Source: Candidatus Sumerlaeia bacterium (GTDB lineage: Bacteria > Sumerlaeota > Sumerlaeia > SLMS01 > JANRJK01). Taken from it: 64,000 bases of DNA. The stretch covers positions 1 to 64,000 of the forward strand of contig JANRJK010000031.1 in the NCBI GenBank assembly GCA_033764015.1. Direction: 5' to 3'. The notes under the pieces are model-generated. The model ran no database searches. It was not told the DNA's origin and worked only from the letters and a program-made list of their open reading frames with translations. Position numbers and translations under genes: made by a program. Every line of letters begins with the position of its first letter. Position 1 is the stretch's first letter. Shown here piece after piece: positions 28,111 to 39,883 of the stretch.

Positions 28111-28800
28111 GTGCGCACCCTGGTGGTCTTCGATCTGGACGGCACGCTGGTGGATGCGTTCGCCGACATCGCGGCGGCGGTCAACGGCGCGCTCGCCTCG
28201 CGGGGGCTCCCCACCCATGCGCAGGCGGCGGTCACCGGCATGGTGGGAGACGGCATCGCGGTGCTCTGCCGCCGCGCGGCCCCGATGCTCGGGGGCGCGG
28301 AGCTGGAGTCCTTCACCGAGGAAGTGCGCGCCCGCTACGCCGCCGACCCGGTCGCGCGCTCCGCGGTCTTCCCGGGGGCGCTGCAAGTGCTCGAAGAGCT
28401 TCGTGCCGCGGGCGCGCCCGCCGCGGTGCTCAGCAACAAACCCCACGCGCTCACCCTCGAGGTCTGCGCGCGGCTCGGCATCGCGGAGCGCGTCGCCCGC
28501 GTGCAGGGCGAGGCGCCGCCGGAGTTCCCGCGCAAGCCCGACCCGGCGGGCGCGCGGCGCCTGATGGCGGAGCTGGGCTGCGGCCGCGCGCTGGTGGTCG
28601 GCGACATGGCGCCCGACGCGGAGCTCGCCGCCGCGCTCGGCGCCCCGTTCATCGCGGTGCGCTGGCCCGGCATGCCGGAGCGCGCCTTCCCCGGGACGCC
28701 TCCTGTTGCCATCTGCCCCGGCGCGCGCGAGCTTTCCCTGCGCCTCTCCGGGGCGCTCCAGACCCCCGGCCCCGCCGGGCACCGCGAGGCACACCCATGA
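28111..28800 (+). CDS. HAD-family hydrolase (phosphoglycolate phosphatase-like)
   Basis: VFDLDGTLVD, LSNK, KPDP, VGD...D. Confidence 0.9.
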   Translation: MRTLVVFDLDGTLVDAFADIAAAVNGALASRGLPTHAQAAVTGMVGDGIAVLCRRAAPMLGGAELESFTEEVRARYAADPVARSAVFPGALQVLEELRAAGAPAAVLSNKPHALTLEVCARLGIAERVARVQGEAPPEFPRKPDPAGARRLMAELGCGRALVVGDMAPDAELAAALGAPFIAVRWPGMPERAFPGTPPVAICPGARELSLRLSGALQTPGPAGHREAHP

Positions 28801-29348
28801 TCCGCGCACTGGTCCCCCTTGCCGACGGCTTCGAGGAGATCGAAGCCGTCTCGATCATCGACATCCTGCGCCGCGGCGGCGTCCGCGTGGTGACCGCCTC
28901 CCTGGCCGCGTCGCACGAGGTGCGCGGCGCGCACGACATCGTGCTCCGCGCCGACGCGATGCTCCGCGACGTGGCCGGCGAGACCTTCGACGCGGTGGTG
29001 CTCCCCGGCGGGCCGGCCTACGCGACGCTGATGAAGAGCGGCGACGTGCTGTCTACACTCCGCCGCCACGCGGAGGCGGGAAAGGTCACCGCCGCGATCT
29101 GCGCCGCGCCCGCGGTGCTCGCCGAGGCGGGCCTCCTCGCCGGCAAGCGCGCCACCTGCTACCCCTCCGTCGAGGACGTGGTCGGCGCCGCCGCCACGCT
29201 GGACCGCCGGGCGGTGGTCGCGGACGGCGACGTGGTGACCAGCCGCGGCCCCGCGACGGCGACGGCGTTCGGCATCGAGCTGCTCCGCAAGCTCGCCGGC
29301 TCCCCGGTGGGCGACAAGGTCGCCGCCGACATGCTCGCGACCGCCTGA
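28797..29348 (+). CDS. DJ-1/YajL(ThiJ) family protein
   Basis: ADGFEEIEA, VVLPGG, AAICAAP, TSRGPAT; ATGA overlap. Confidence 0.92.
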   Translation: MIRALVPLADGFEEIEAVSIIDILRRGGVRVVTASLAASHEVRGAHDIVLRADAMLRDVAGETFDAVVLPGGPAYATLMKSGDVLSTLRRHAEAGKVTAAICAAPAVLAEAGLLAGKRATCYPSVEDVVGAAATLDRRAVVADGDVVTSRGPATATAFGIELLRKLAGSPVGDKVAADMLATA

Positions 29349-29358
29349 GGCCGCCCCC

Positions 29359-30707
29359 GTGCAGCGCGGCGTTCCGGCGCCGGACTCGGGAAGCCCCCCC
29401 GCCGCGCCGCACTCCGCGCCCCCGCAGGCGCCCCCGCTCCGCTACTTCGCGCTGTTCGCGCTCGCCGCCGCCGCGCTCCTCTCGCTCTTCGACCTGCGCA
29501 TCCTCCCGGCGGGCTCCGAGCCCTACCCGTCGCTCGAGCGCCTCCTGCTCCGCGATTCGTTCCTCGGCGCCAGCGACGAGTCCTGGAGCGCGGCGGACCT
29601 CGAGCGCGAGCTGCGCCTCCCCCCCGAGGACCTCGCCGCGGCGGAGCGCGTGCTCGCCGCCTCCCGCAACTGGCTCGGGCTCCGCGGCCGCCGCACCGCC
29701 GGCATGCGCCTGTTCGCCGTCGAGGCGCTCGGCCTGCGGTTCGAGTTCGGCCACGGCATCGTGCCCGCGGCCGCGGCGGGGCTCCTCGCCGGCGCCATCG
29801 CCTACCTCTTCGCCCGCCTGCGCATGGAGCACGAGGTCGCCGAGCGCGAGCACGCCCAGGTGGTCGCCCTCAGCGAACTGCAGCGCACCCGCATCTCCGA
29901 ACTGGTCGAGACCAACCGCAAGTTGAACGCCATGCAGGCGAAGCTCGTCTCCCAGCAGCGGCTCGCCTCCATCGGGCGCCTCTCCGCGACGCTCGCGCAC
30001 GAGATCCGCAACCCCCTCGGCGTCATCCGCAGCTCCGCGCAGGTCATCGCCGAGGAGGTATCGCCGGGATCCAGCGCCGATGTCGCCTGCGACATCATCG
30101 AGGAGGAGGCGGTCCGCCTGAACAACATCATCACGGACCTGCTGAACTACTCGAGCCGCAAGCAGCCGCGCATCTCGCCGCAGGAGCTCAACGGCCTGCT
30201 GCTCGCCTGGCTGGCGCCGCTCACGGACCAGTACGCCCGCAACGCGGTCCGCGTGACGCACGACTTCGCGCTCGGCGTCGACGAGGTGATGATCGACCCG
30301 GACCAGCTCTACCAGGCGGTGCTGAACGTGCTCTCGAACGCGCGCGACGCGCTCCTCGAAAAGGGGGGCGGGCGCATCCACGTGGCGACGCGCCAGCCCT
30401 CGCCGCTGCGCATCGAGCTTTCCGTGCAGGACGACGGACCCGGCATGCCGCCGGTCGTGCTCCAGCAGGCGCAGGAGCCGTTCTACACCACGAAGCCCAA
30501 GGGCACCGGCCTCGGCCTCGCGGTCTGCCGGCTGCTGGTCGACCGCATGGGCGGCTCCTTCGAGATCGCCTCCGAGCCCGGCAAGGGCACGCGCGTGCTC
30601 TTCGGCCTCGCGACGGTACGCGGCTACAAGGCGCTCCGCGACTCGGGCCGGATGCCCGGCTCCGAGGACGCGGAACAGGAAAACGACACCAAGGGAGACC
30701 CACAGGC

Positions 30708-30711
<4 letters not shown>
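29359..30711 (+). CDS. Membrane sensor histidine kinase
   Basis: Two TMs, AHEIRNPL H-box, N-box, DDGPG, FYTTKPKGTGLGL. Confidence 0.92.
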
Positions 30712-32135
<1,424 letters not shown>

Positions 32136-32142
32136 GGGCGGA

Positions 32143-33261
32143 TCACACCGCCGCCAGCGCCGCCTTCATCGCGTCCATCACCTCGTCCAGCTCCTCCTCG
32201 CGCATGTGCGCGAAGAGCGGCAGGTTGAGCACGGAGCGCGACAGCAAGTCCGACTTCTCCCCGCCGATGGTCCCCGCGAGGTACGCCGCGGCGCCGGGCT
32301 GCTTCGACATCGCGCCGGGGTAGACGTTCCCGAACCCGATGCCGCGCTCCTTCAGCACCGCCTCGATGCGCGGGCGCGCCTCCGGGTCGTGCATCGTCAC
32401 GTTCAGGTAGCCGTTCTCGACGTAGCCCTCCGGCGGGGCGACGGTGCGGACGCCGAGGGCGTCGCATTGCGCGCGGAGCCACTCCGCCGACTTGCGCCGC
32501 GACGCGAGCCGCGCCTCGTCGTAGTCGAGGCAGAGGTTCAGCCAGGCGGCGTCGAAGCCGCCGAGGCGGCTGTTCCAGCCCACCAGCCCGTGGCCGTAGT
32601 GCGAGGTACGCCCGTGGTTGCCGAGCTTGCGGACCGTGTCCGCCAGCTCCGCGGTCGAGCAGTAGACCGAGCCCGCGTCGCCGCAGGAACCGAGCACCTT
32701 GGCCGGGTAGTAGGAGCACGACGCCATGTAGGCGTCGCGGAAGATGGAGGCGCCCTTCCACGTCACGCCGTGGCCCTGCGCCGTGTCCTCGATGAGCGGC
32801 AGGTCGCGCTCGCGGCAGAAGGCGCGGAACTGGTCGATGTGCCGCGAGCCCCACCCATAGAGGTGCACCAGGATCGCGGCGCGCGGCTTGAAGCGCTCGA
32901 CGCCCTCGCGGAAAAGGTCGAAGTCCATCTGCAGGTCGTCGAGCGAGATGTCCACCGTGACCGGGCGCGCGCCGACGTTCACCACCGCCTCGAAGGTCGC
33001 CCAGAACGTGGCGTCCGGGATCAGCACCACGTCGCCCTCGCCGACGCCGGCGGCGCGCAGCGCGAGCTGGATCGCGTCCGTTCCGTTCGCGCAGCCCACG
33101 ACCGCCTTGGCGCCGGAGAGTTCGGCCAGGCGCTTCTCGAGCGCGGCCCCTTCCGGTCCGCTCACGAACATCGTGTTCTCGGTGATCCGGCGGCAGATCT
33201 CGATCCAGCGGTCCATGAACCCGGGCTCGAAGCGGCGCAGGTCGATGAAGGGTACGGGCAT
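32143..33261 (-). CDS. DegT/DnrJ/EryC1/StrS sugar aminotransferase
   Basis: NGTDAIQLAL, VHLYG, IEDTAQ, SYYPAKVLG (PLP Lys), GWNSRL. Confidence 0.93.
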   Translation of the reverse strand: MPVPFIDLRRFEPGFMDRWIEICRRITENTMFVSGPEGAALEKRLAELSGAKAVVGCANGTDAIQLALRAAGVGEGDVVLIPDATFWATFEAVVNVGARPVTVDISLDDLQMDFDLFREGVERFKPRAAILVHLYGWGSRHIDQFRAFCRERDLPLIEDTAQGHGVTWKGASIFRDAYMASCSYYPAKVLGSCGDAGSVYCSTAELADTVRKLGNHGRTSHYGHGLVGWNSRLGGFDAAWLNLCLDYDEARLASRRKSAEWLRAQCDALGVRTVAPPEGYVENGYLNVTMHDPEARPRIEAVLKERGIGFGNVYPGAMSKQPGAAAYLAGTIGGEKSDLLSRSVLNLPLFAHMREEELDEVMDAMKAALAAV

Positions 33262-33336
33262 GTGGCGGGTGGTCCTTGCGGAAGTCTTGACGGATGGTCC
33301 CGCCGCCGCTCCGACAAAGCCTAGCGGAATCCGCAG

Positions 33337-33954
33337 CTATCCCACCAGCACGTAAGCCAGGAACGTCAGCAGCCCCAGCGCCCCCGCGCCGAAGGCCAGC
33401 GGGCGGTACGCCGGGAGGCCGAACGACAGGGCCGCGCCGCTCGCGAAAAGCGCCAGCAGTCCAGCCGCCCAGAGCACCGAGACGCCCTTGGCGAAGTCGC
33501 TCCCCTTGGCTTTGTGGAGCTGCACCAGGCGCCGGTACGGCGTCGTCTTCTTCACCAGCAGCTCCGCCGCGAGCGGGTCCGCGGTCGGGCGAAGCACCAC
33601 GTCGGCGTTCGCGCCGGTCCACTCGAACTCGAAGGAGGTGCCGGCCTTCTTCACGCCGTAGCCGCCGGTCGGCTCGTCGATCTCCTGCTGCCGCAGGATC
33701 CCTTCGGCGATCGCGTGCAGCCGCGGCAGATCCGCCGTGAGCGGCTCCTCGAGCCCTACGGGGATCGTCTCGGTCTGGTAGCCGCCCCTGATCGACAGCG
33801 TGTAGAGCGCGCCGGTCACCAGGAACATGATGGCGACGGGGAAGAAGAACGACGCGAGCGCGACGTGGAAGGCGATGATGCGCTTGCGGGGCGAGGCGGG
33901 GCGGGGTGCGGCGGCGGGCGGTGCGGTTTCCAAGGGTGGTGTTCCTTCCTGCAT
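33337..33954 (-). CDS. PepSY-associated TM-helix-like membrane protein
   Basis: FHVALASFFFP...LVTGAL, LVQLHKAKG, three TMs. Confidence 0.65.
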   Translation of the reverse strand: MQEGTPPLETAPPAAAPRPASPRKRIIAFHVALASFFFPVAIMFLVTGALYTLSIRGGYQTETIPVGLEEPLTADLPRLHAIAEGILRQQEIDEPTGGYGVKKAGTSFEFEWTGANADVVLRPTADPLAAELLVKKTTPYRRLVQLHKAKGSDFAKGVSVLWAAGLLALFASGAALSFGLPAYRPLAFGAGALGLLTFLAYVLVG

Positions 33955-34083
33955 GGTCGTGGATGGACCCTGCGCGCGGCGGGCGTGAGGCGCAATCGGG
34001 CGCTGCGCGCTGTCGGATTGCACTGGAGCCCCGGGCCGGATGCGGCACACTCCCCGCGCGAGATTCCGGAAGGCGGCAGCGCC

Positions 34084-37000
34084 GTGCACAAGCATCGCCA
34101 CGAATCGGAGCAGGAATACCGCCTCGCGGTGGTGTTGCTGCTGCTCGCGCTCGGCGTGGTGCTGCTGGTGTTCTGGCTGCGCGGGCGCGACGGGCGCGGC
34201 GGAGTCCCGGCGCCCCGGCGCGACACGCCCCCCGCCGCGACGGCGGCCCCGAACCCGGCTCCGGACCCGGCGCCCGGCGAGGGCTCCGGCAGCGACCCCG
34301 CGACCGCCGAGGGCGACGGCACCCCGGCCGCCGACCCCGCGGACGACGGCGAGCTGTTCCCATCCACGGAGGAGTCGGAAACCACGTCCGGCCTGGCGCT
34401 GGCGCGCTCCCTCGGCAGCGGCGCCATCTCCGGCTGGGTGGTCCAGCCGAACGGGCGCCCCGTTTCCGCGGGGCGCGTGCGCGCCACCTTCCTCCGCGCC
34501 CCGGGCGAAGAGCCCTCGCAAAGCCTGGAACCGGAGGCGTCCGAAACGAAGGACGCGGAGACGAACGAGGACGGCCGCTTCCTGATCGAAGCGCTTCCCG
34601 TCGGCTACTGGTCGCTCGCGGCGGAGCTGGAGGGCTTCGGCGCCGCCACGCTCGCCGACGCCGTGGTGCCGCTCGGCGGCGTCGGCGGCCCCGTCACGCT
34701 CACGCTGTCCCCCGCCGCCTCGATCAACGGCGCCGTGCAGACCATCGCCAAGTCGCCGATCGCCGACGCCTCGCTCAGCGTGGACCGGCTGGTGCGGGTG
34801 TACTCGGAGGGCGGCTCGCCGCACGACATCGCGATTCCGCTCTCCGCGCGCGCCTCCACGGGAGCGGACGGCAAGTTCGCCCTCCGCGACCTGCCGCCGA
34901 AGCCGGTCCGGATCCGCACCGTGGCGGAGGGCTTCGCGCCCGACACGCGCGCCCGCACCGCGACGCCGGCCGGCCTCGCGGAGACGATCGTCCTGGAGCC
35001 GGTGGCGCCGCTCGCCGGCGTGGTCCGCGCGGAGGCCGGCGGCACCATCGAGGGAGCGACGGTCCGCGCCCGGCCCCGCGGCGACGCGAAGAAGGAGCTG
35101 GCGAAGGCGGCGAGCGGCGCGGACGGCGCCTACGCGCTCGGCGGCCTCCGCGCCGGCCTCGAGGTCGACCTCCACGCCGAGGCGCCCGGCTACGCGCCGC
35201 TCGGCCCCGTGCCCGCGGTCGCCGGCACCGGGCGGAACGTGCTCACGCTCGGCTACGGCGGCGCGATCAACGGCGTGGCCGAATGGCTGGACCGCACCGG
35301 CGATCCCCCCGCGGGCCTCGCGGTGGAGGCGCGGCTCGAAGGAGCCGACCCGCCCCGGTCCTGGACGACCCGCACGCGCGACGACGGGCGCTTCCGCCTG
35401 CGCGGCCTCCCCGCCGGGAAGTACGACGTCGCGCTGCGCGATCCGAAGCTCGTCGTCGATCCGCCGGTCCGCGTCGAGGTCGCCGCGGGCAAGCCCGCCC
35501 CCGAGGCGAAGCTCCGCGTCTACGAGGGGCTCGCGTTCGAGGTGCGCGTCCTCGAGGAGAGCTCGCGCCAGCCGATCCCCGGAGCGCGGGCGCTCGTGAA
35601 GCGCATCGCCGCCGACGGCAAGTCCGGCGCCCTCTACCGCGACGCCCTCGCGGACGAGGCGGGAGTGGCCCGGCTCGCCAACGTCCCCGCGGGTCCGTGG
35701 CGCCTCGGCGCGGAGGCCCCCGGCTTCACCGCCTCGGCGCAGAGCACCCGCGACCTCGACATCCGCCTGGTCCGCGGGACGGAGCTGCCGCTCCAGACGG
35801 TGACGCTCGCCCGCGCCGGCAGGATCGAAGGCGTGGTGCTGCTTCCGGAGGGCGGGCCCGCGCCCGGGGCGCATGTCGAACTGATGGACGCGTCGAAGAA
35901 CCCGCCCTCCGGGTCGCTGCCGCTCAGGCGGTTCGCGGCGGAAGCGGACTCCGGCGGCGCGTTCTCGATTCAGGACCTGCCCGCGGTCAACGCGCTGTCG
36001 CTCATCGTCGCCGCCACCGCCGCGGACGGCCGCCGCGGCGCGTCCGATCCCCTCACGTTGAACCTTGTCGAGCCCGAGGCGTCCGTCGCCATCGTCGTCG
36101 ACGGGGGCGGGCGCGTCGCCGTCCTCGCGCAGGACCGCGAGGGGCGCCCCGTCGCCGATGCGAAGGTCGAACTGGACCACGCGGAGTACCGCGGGACCGA
36201 GTCGCCCGCGGGCTGGCGGGGGCGCACGGACACCGCGGGCGCCTTCGAGGCCGCCGGCGTGCCCCCGGGACGCGTCGGCGCCCGCGTCTCGCGCGAGGGC
36301 TTCGTCTCCGCCACCGGCTCCGCGACGCTCTCCCTGGACCGCCCCGCGACGATCCGCGTGATCCTCGAGCCCGCCTACCCGATCGCCGGGCGCGTGGTCG
36401 ACGACCTGCAGCGCCCGATCGGCGGAGCGCTGGTCCGCGCCTCGCCGGAGGCGCCCGCCCGCGGTACGGGCGTTTCGGAAACGGACAACGCCGGCGATTT
36501 CGCGATCAGCGGGCTCGGCGCCGGCAAGTTCCGCCTCCGCGTCGAGGCGAGGTTCTCGCCCGCGCCCGGCGACAGCGCCGTCGTGATCGACTTCCCGGGC
36601 CAGCCCTCCGGCGGCACGCTGCCGACGCCCCTCGTGGTGCCGTGCAACGGAGCCGCGGGGGGCCGCGTGTTCTCGCAGCGCGGCCTCGACGCCATCGCCA
36701 AGGGATCCATCGCCCTCTCGGGCAAGACCTCCTGGGGCGCGAACTATTCGGCTAAGGGGAAGATCGACGCCGGAGCGTGGGAGTTCACCCGCCTGCCCCC
36801 GGGGCGATACACCGCGACCGCCACCGCGGAGGGCCACCTCCCCACGAAGAGCGCCGAGTTCGACGTCGCCAGCCCGGAGCGCACCACCGTGCCCGACCTC
36901 TACCTCACGCTCGGCGGGCGCGTCCGCGTCCGTGTGGTGGACGACGGCACCGGCGAACCGGTGCAGGCGGCGCTGGCGACCGCGGTCGAGTCGGGGCGCT

Positions 37001-38091
37001 TCGCCCGCACGGCGGCCAACGGCGAGGCCGTCATCGCGCCGCTCGAGGCGGGCATCCACACCATCTCCGTCACCCATCCCGACTACGAGCCGGCGGAGCG
37101 CTCCGGCGTGCAGGTCGTCACGCGCCAGCCCGTCCAGGTCGGGCCCATCCGCCTGAAGCGCGGCGTCGAGCTCACCGGCCGCGTGCTCGACGACCAGCGC
37201 CGCCCCGTGATCGGCGCCCGCGTGGGCCTGCGCCGCGACGGCAGGGACGACCGCCGCACCACGAACACGGACCGCGCGGGGCGCTTCAAGTTCCGCGGCG
37301 TGCCGCTCGACGACTGGCTCGTGACCGCCACCGCCCGCCTCGGCCCCGTCCCGACCAGCCGCACCGCCCGCGCCCAGCTCTCCGAGCGCGGCCCGAACGA
37401 GGTCGAGATCATCCTCGACGCCGCCTCGACGCTGCGCGGGCTCCTCGCCGCGCCACCGCCCGTGGAACTCGGAGGCGCCTTCGTCGAGGTGTATCCGCTC
37501 GCGGAAGACGGCACGCCGGAGCTCACCGCCCGCGCGAATCCACCGGTGCTGGACGGCGGCTTCGAACTGGCCGGCATCCCGGAGGGACGCTACCTGGTGC
37601 TGGCGCAGGCGCGCGACGGCGGGGGCGTCCGCTACTGGCACCGCGAAGTGGACGTCGCCGGCCCGCTGACGGAGGTGCTGGTCGACTCCGGAACCGCGGC
37701 GGTCTCGGGCGCTGTGTTCGACCGCGCGCAGGGCGACCCGGTCCCGGGGGCCGGCGCGCAGGCGGTGCTGCTGAGCGCGCCGCAGTCCGGCATCGGCCGG
37801 CTCGCGCGCTGGTGGCGCCGCGAGGTGGCGGCCGACGCCGCGGGCGCGTTCCGCTTCGATGCCCTGATGGCGGGCGAGTACCTGCTCTCCGCGCGGGACG
37901 AGCGCTCGACCGCCTCGGGGGTGTTCCTCCTTCCGGCCGGGGGATTCCTGCCGCTGGTTGCGTTCCTTCGCCCCGCGCCCTACATCGGTCCGGCGGATGG
38001 CGCCGCCACCCGGCAAGTTGGCTCGGGATTCTCTCACACGTTCGCGACTCCCGCCGCAACGCGGGCAGTGGATCGGAGCAAGTCGAAATGA
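34084..38091 (+). CDS. Large membrane-anchored protein with tandem carboxypeptidase-regulatory-like beta-sandwich repeats
   Basis: N-terminal TM, Pro/Ala linker, then roughly a dozen units of G-x-V...P(I/V)xGAxV...TDxxGxF...LPxGxY. Confidence 0.8.
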   Translation: MHKHRHESEQEYRLAVVLLLLALGVVLLVFWLRGRDGRGGVPAPRRDTPPAATAAPNPAPDPAPGEGSGSDPATAEGDGTPAADPADDGELFPSTEESETTSGLALARSLGSGAISGWVVQPNGRPVSAGRVRATFLRAPGEEPSQSLEPEASETKDAETNEDGRFLIEALPVGYWSLAAELEGFGAATLADAVVPLGGVGGPVTLTLSPAASINGAVQTIAKSPIADASLSVDRLVRVYSEGGSPHDIAIPLSARASTGADGKFALRDLPPKPVRIRTVAEGFAPDTRARTATPAGLAETIVLEPVAPLAGVVRAEAGGTIEGATVRARPRGDAKKELAKAASGADGAYALGGLRAGLEVDLHAEAPGYAPLGPVPAVAGTGRNVLTLGYGGAINGVAEWLDRTGDPPAGLAVEARLEGADPPRSWTTRTRDDGRFRLRGLPAGKYDVALRDPKLVVDPPVRVEVAAGKPAPEAKLRVYEGLAFEVRVLEESSRQPIPGARALVKRIAADGKSGALYRDALADEAGVARLANVPAGPWRLGAEAPGFTASAQSTRDLDIRLVRGTELPLQTVTLARAGRIEGVVLLPEGGPAPGAHVELMDASKNPPSGSLPLRRFAAEADSGGAFSIQDLPAVNALSLIVAATAADGRRGASDPLTLNLVEPEASVAIVVDGGGRVAVLAQDREGRPVADAKVELDHAEYRGTESPAGWRGRTDTAGAFEAAGVPPGRVGARVSREGFVSATGSATLSLDRPATIRVILEPAYPIAGRVVDDLQRPIGGALVRASPEAPARGTGVSETDNAGDFAISGLGAGKFRLRVEARFSPAPGDSAVVIDFPGQPSGGTLPTPLVVPCNGAAGGRVFSQRGLDAIAKGSIALSGKTSWGANYSAKGKIDAGAWEFTRLPPGRYTATATAEGHLPTKSAEFDVASPERTTVPDLYLTLGGRVRVRVVDDGTGEPVQAALATAVESGRFARTAANGEAVIAPLEAGIHTISVTHPDYEPAERSGVQVVTRQPVQVGPIRLKRGVELTGRVLDDQRRPVIGARVGLRRDGRDDRRTTNTDRAGRFKFRGVPLDDWLVTATARLGPVPTSRTARAQLSERGPNEVEIILDAASTLRGLLAAPPPVELGGAFVEVYPLAEDGTPELTARANPPVLDGGFELAGIPEGRYLVLAQARDGGGVRYWHREVDVAGPLTEVLVDSGTAAVSGAVFDRAQGDPVPGAGAQAVLLSAPQSGIGRLARWWRREVAADAAGAFRFDALMAGEYLLSARDERSTASGVFLLPAGGFLPLVAFLRPAPYIGPADGAATRQVGSGFSHTFATPAATRAVDRSKSK

Positions 38092-38669
38092 ATCAACAAC
38101 TCAAGCTGGCCGGAGCCGCAGTCCTCTTCCTCGCCGCGGGCGGTTTCTTCTACATCCAGTACCTTAGCGTACAACCGAGTACGCTTAGGGCCGACAGTAT
38201 CGAGGTGAACAACGCCCGCGTGGCGGGCGCCGCGCCGCCGATGATGGGCGGCGGCCCCGGCGGGCGCATGAACGGCCCCGAGGGCATGATGTCCGAGGAA
38301 GAGCGCAAGGCGCAGCGCGCCGAGGTGCTCGACCAGCTCGGCCTCACGCCGGAGCAGCGCGCCAAGCTGGAGGAGATCGAAGCCCGCTTCGCCGGCCAGG
38401 ACCCGCGCGAGGCGTGGCGCGGGCGCATGGAGGCCAGCGCCGAGGTCCTCACCCCCGAGCAGCGCGAGAAGGCGCAGCAGCTCATGCGCGACCGTATGCG
38501 CGGACGCATGGAGGAGCGGCTCAAGATGCTCCCCGAGGGCGAACGCGACAAGTTCCGCCAGAAGCTCGAGCAGCGCATGTCCGAGCGCCGCGGGCGCATG
38601 GAGGCAAGAATGCAGAACGGCGAATCGCCCCGCGGCCCCCGCCCCGGGGAGGATGGTCCGCCCCAATGA
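38088..38669 (+). CDS. Spy/CpxP-like helical periplasmic protein
   Basis: N-terminal TM; LGLTPEQ and VLTPEQ (LTxxQ) motifs; Met/Arg-rich helices. Confidence 0.7.
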   Translation: MNQQLKLAGAAVLFLAAGGFFYIQYLSVQPSTLRADSIEVNNARVAGAAPPMMGGGPGGRMNGPEGMMSEEERKAQRAEVLDQLGLTPEQRAKLEEIEARFAGQDPREAWRGRMEASAEVLTPEQREKAQQLMRDRMRGRMEERLKMLPEGERDKFRQKLEQRMSERRGRMEARMQNGESPRGPRPGEDGPPQ

Positions 38670-39214
38670 CCAGCCGCGCCGCCTTCACCCTCATCGAGCT
38701 CCTGGTCGTCGTGGCCATCATCACGATCCTGGCCGGCATCGCCCTGCCGAACTTCCTCGAAGCCCAGACGCGCTCGAAGGTGAGCCGCGCCAAGGCGGAC
38801 CTCCGCACCGTCGCCACGGGCCTCGAGGCGTACCACGTCGACCACGGACGCTACCCGCCGAGCACGCTGGTGCCGCGCTTCCTGCGCCTGCGTCCGCTCA
38901 CCACGCCGGTCGCCTACATCACCGAGGTGCCGCTCGACGTCTTCCAGTCCGAGGACCAGGGCTCCGGCCCCTTCCGCCGCCGCGGCAACTTCGCCTACGG
39001 CGCCACGCCGATCGACCAGGAGAGCCGCTGGGCGCTGGCCAGCGACGGACCCGACCTCGCCCCGAACGCGGGCGGCATCGAGTTCTACTACGGCTACAGC
39101 GAATCGATCTGGGAGAATCCCGCGAGCGGCTACAACTTCGTCCGCTACGACCCGACGAACGGCACGATCTCCGTCGGGGACATCTGGCGGCTCAGCGACT
39201 TCCAAATGCCCTGA
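38666..39214 (+). CDS. Type IV prepilin-like protein
   Basis: MTSRAA|FTLIELLVVVAIITILAGIALPNF class III signal; C-terminal YDPTNGTISVGDI. Confidence 0.9.
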   Translation: MTSRAAFTLIELLVVVAIITILAGIALPNFLEAQTRSKVSRAKADLRTVATGLEAYHVDHGRYPPSTLVPRFLRLRPLTTPVAYITEVPLDVFQSEDQGSGPFRRRGNFAYGATPIDQESRWALASDGPDLAPNAGGIEFYYGYSESIWENPASGYNFVRYDPTNGTISVGDIWRLSDFQMP

Positions 39215-39245
39215 CGGCGGCAAGGGCCGTCCGGGTGCTTGAACG

Positions 39246-39277
39246 AACGGCGCGGGAGCCAAGGCCCCCGCGCCGTT
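39246..39277. terminator. Hairpin terminator between convergent genes
   Basis: AACGGCGCGGG...CCCGCGCCGTT inverted repeat followed by TCCATTT. Confidence 0.65.
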
Positions 39278-39303
39278 TCCATTTCCCGCGGAAGCGCGGC
39301 GGC

Positions 39304-39744
39304 CTACTCCTGCGTCACGACTTCATACTTCGCGTCGACGGTGTAGACGACCACCTCGTTGCTCGCCCGGATCGCGAAGCTGGCGCTGTCGCCGAGGAGG
39401 ACGATCTCCTTGAACTTGTCCGTGAGCGTGATCTCGCGGAGGATCTTCAGGCCGCGATCCGTCGGGACGACGACGGTCAGGCGCGTGCCGTTCTTCGTGA
39501 GGAAGACGGGGGAATCCTTGAACGCCAAAACCTGCTCGAAGGAGCTGCCGCGGGCGAGGACGCGGTCGGCGCCGGCGGGGTAGACGCGCATCGAGTACTC
39601 GACGGTGGGGACCGCTTCGGCGGAGGCGTTCTGGGCCACGGCCGGGGCCGGGCGCAGCGCGGGAGCGAAGGCGAGCGCGAGCAGGCCCCCCGCGAATCCG
39701 AGCGCCAGCGGCGTCAACGTGCGGCGGATCGTGTCCTTGGTCAT
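39304..39744 (-). CDS. Small hypothetical exported protein
   Basis: Signal peptide MTKDTIRRTLTPLALG...PAVAQ, GGAG RBS, beta-rich mature part. Confidence 0.7.
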   Translation of the reverse strand: MTKDTIRRTLTPLALGFAGGLLALAFAPALRPAPAVAQNASAEAVPTVEYSMRVYPAGADRVLARGSSFEQVLAFKDSPVFLTKNGTRLTVVVPTDRGLKILREITLTDKFKEIVLLGDSASFAIRASNEVVVYTVDAKYEVVTQE

Positions 39745-39883
39745 GCGGCTCCAACCTCCGGGCGGGCGGAAAATCGCGGCGTGTGCGTTCATCTTGAAAA
39801 GGCCCCCCGGCCGCGGAGGCGTCAACGTCGAAAGGCATCGCCGGTTGCCCCGCGCCGCGTCGGGGGCAGCCTCTCGCCTTGAG

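Noticed and set aside
34043..34058. CGGCAC-ACTCCCC-GC sigma54-like box upstream of the repeat-protein operon
   Set aside because: GG-N10-GC spacing is right but the TT before GC is missing; likely by chance at this GC content.
33337..38037. 1566-aa minus-strand ORF and other very long overlapping ORFs (e.g. 16803-20327, 22198-24918, 44561-47395, 55841-58597)
   Set aside because: Shadow frames of real genes in high-GC DNA; Arg/Ala/Gly/Pro-rich with no motifs. Only the terminal segment 33337-33954 is a credible gene.
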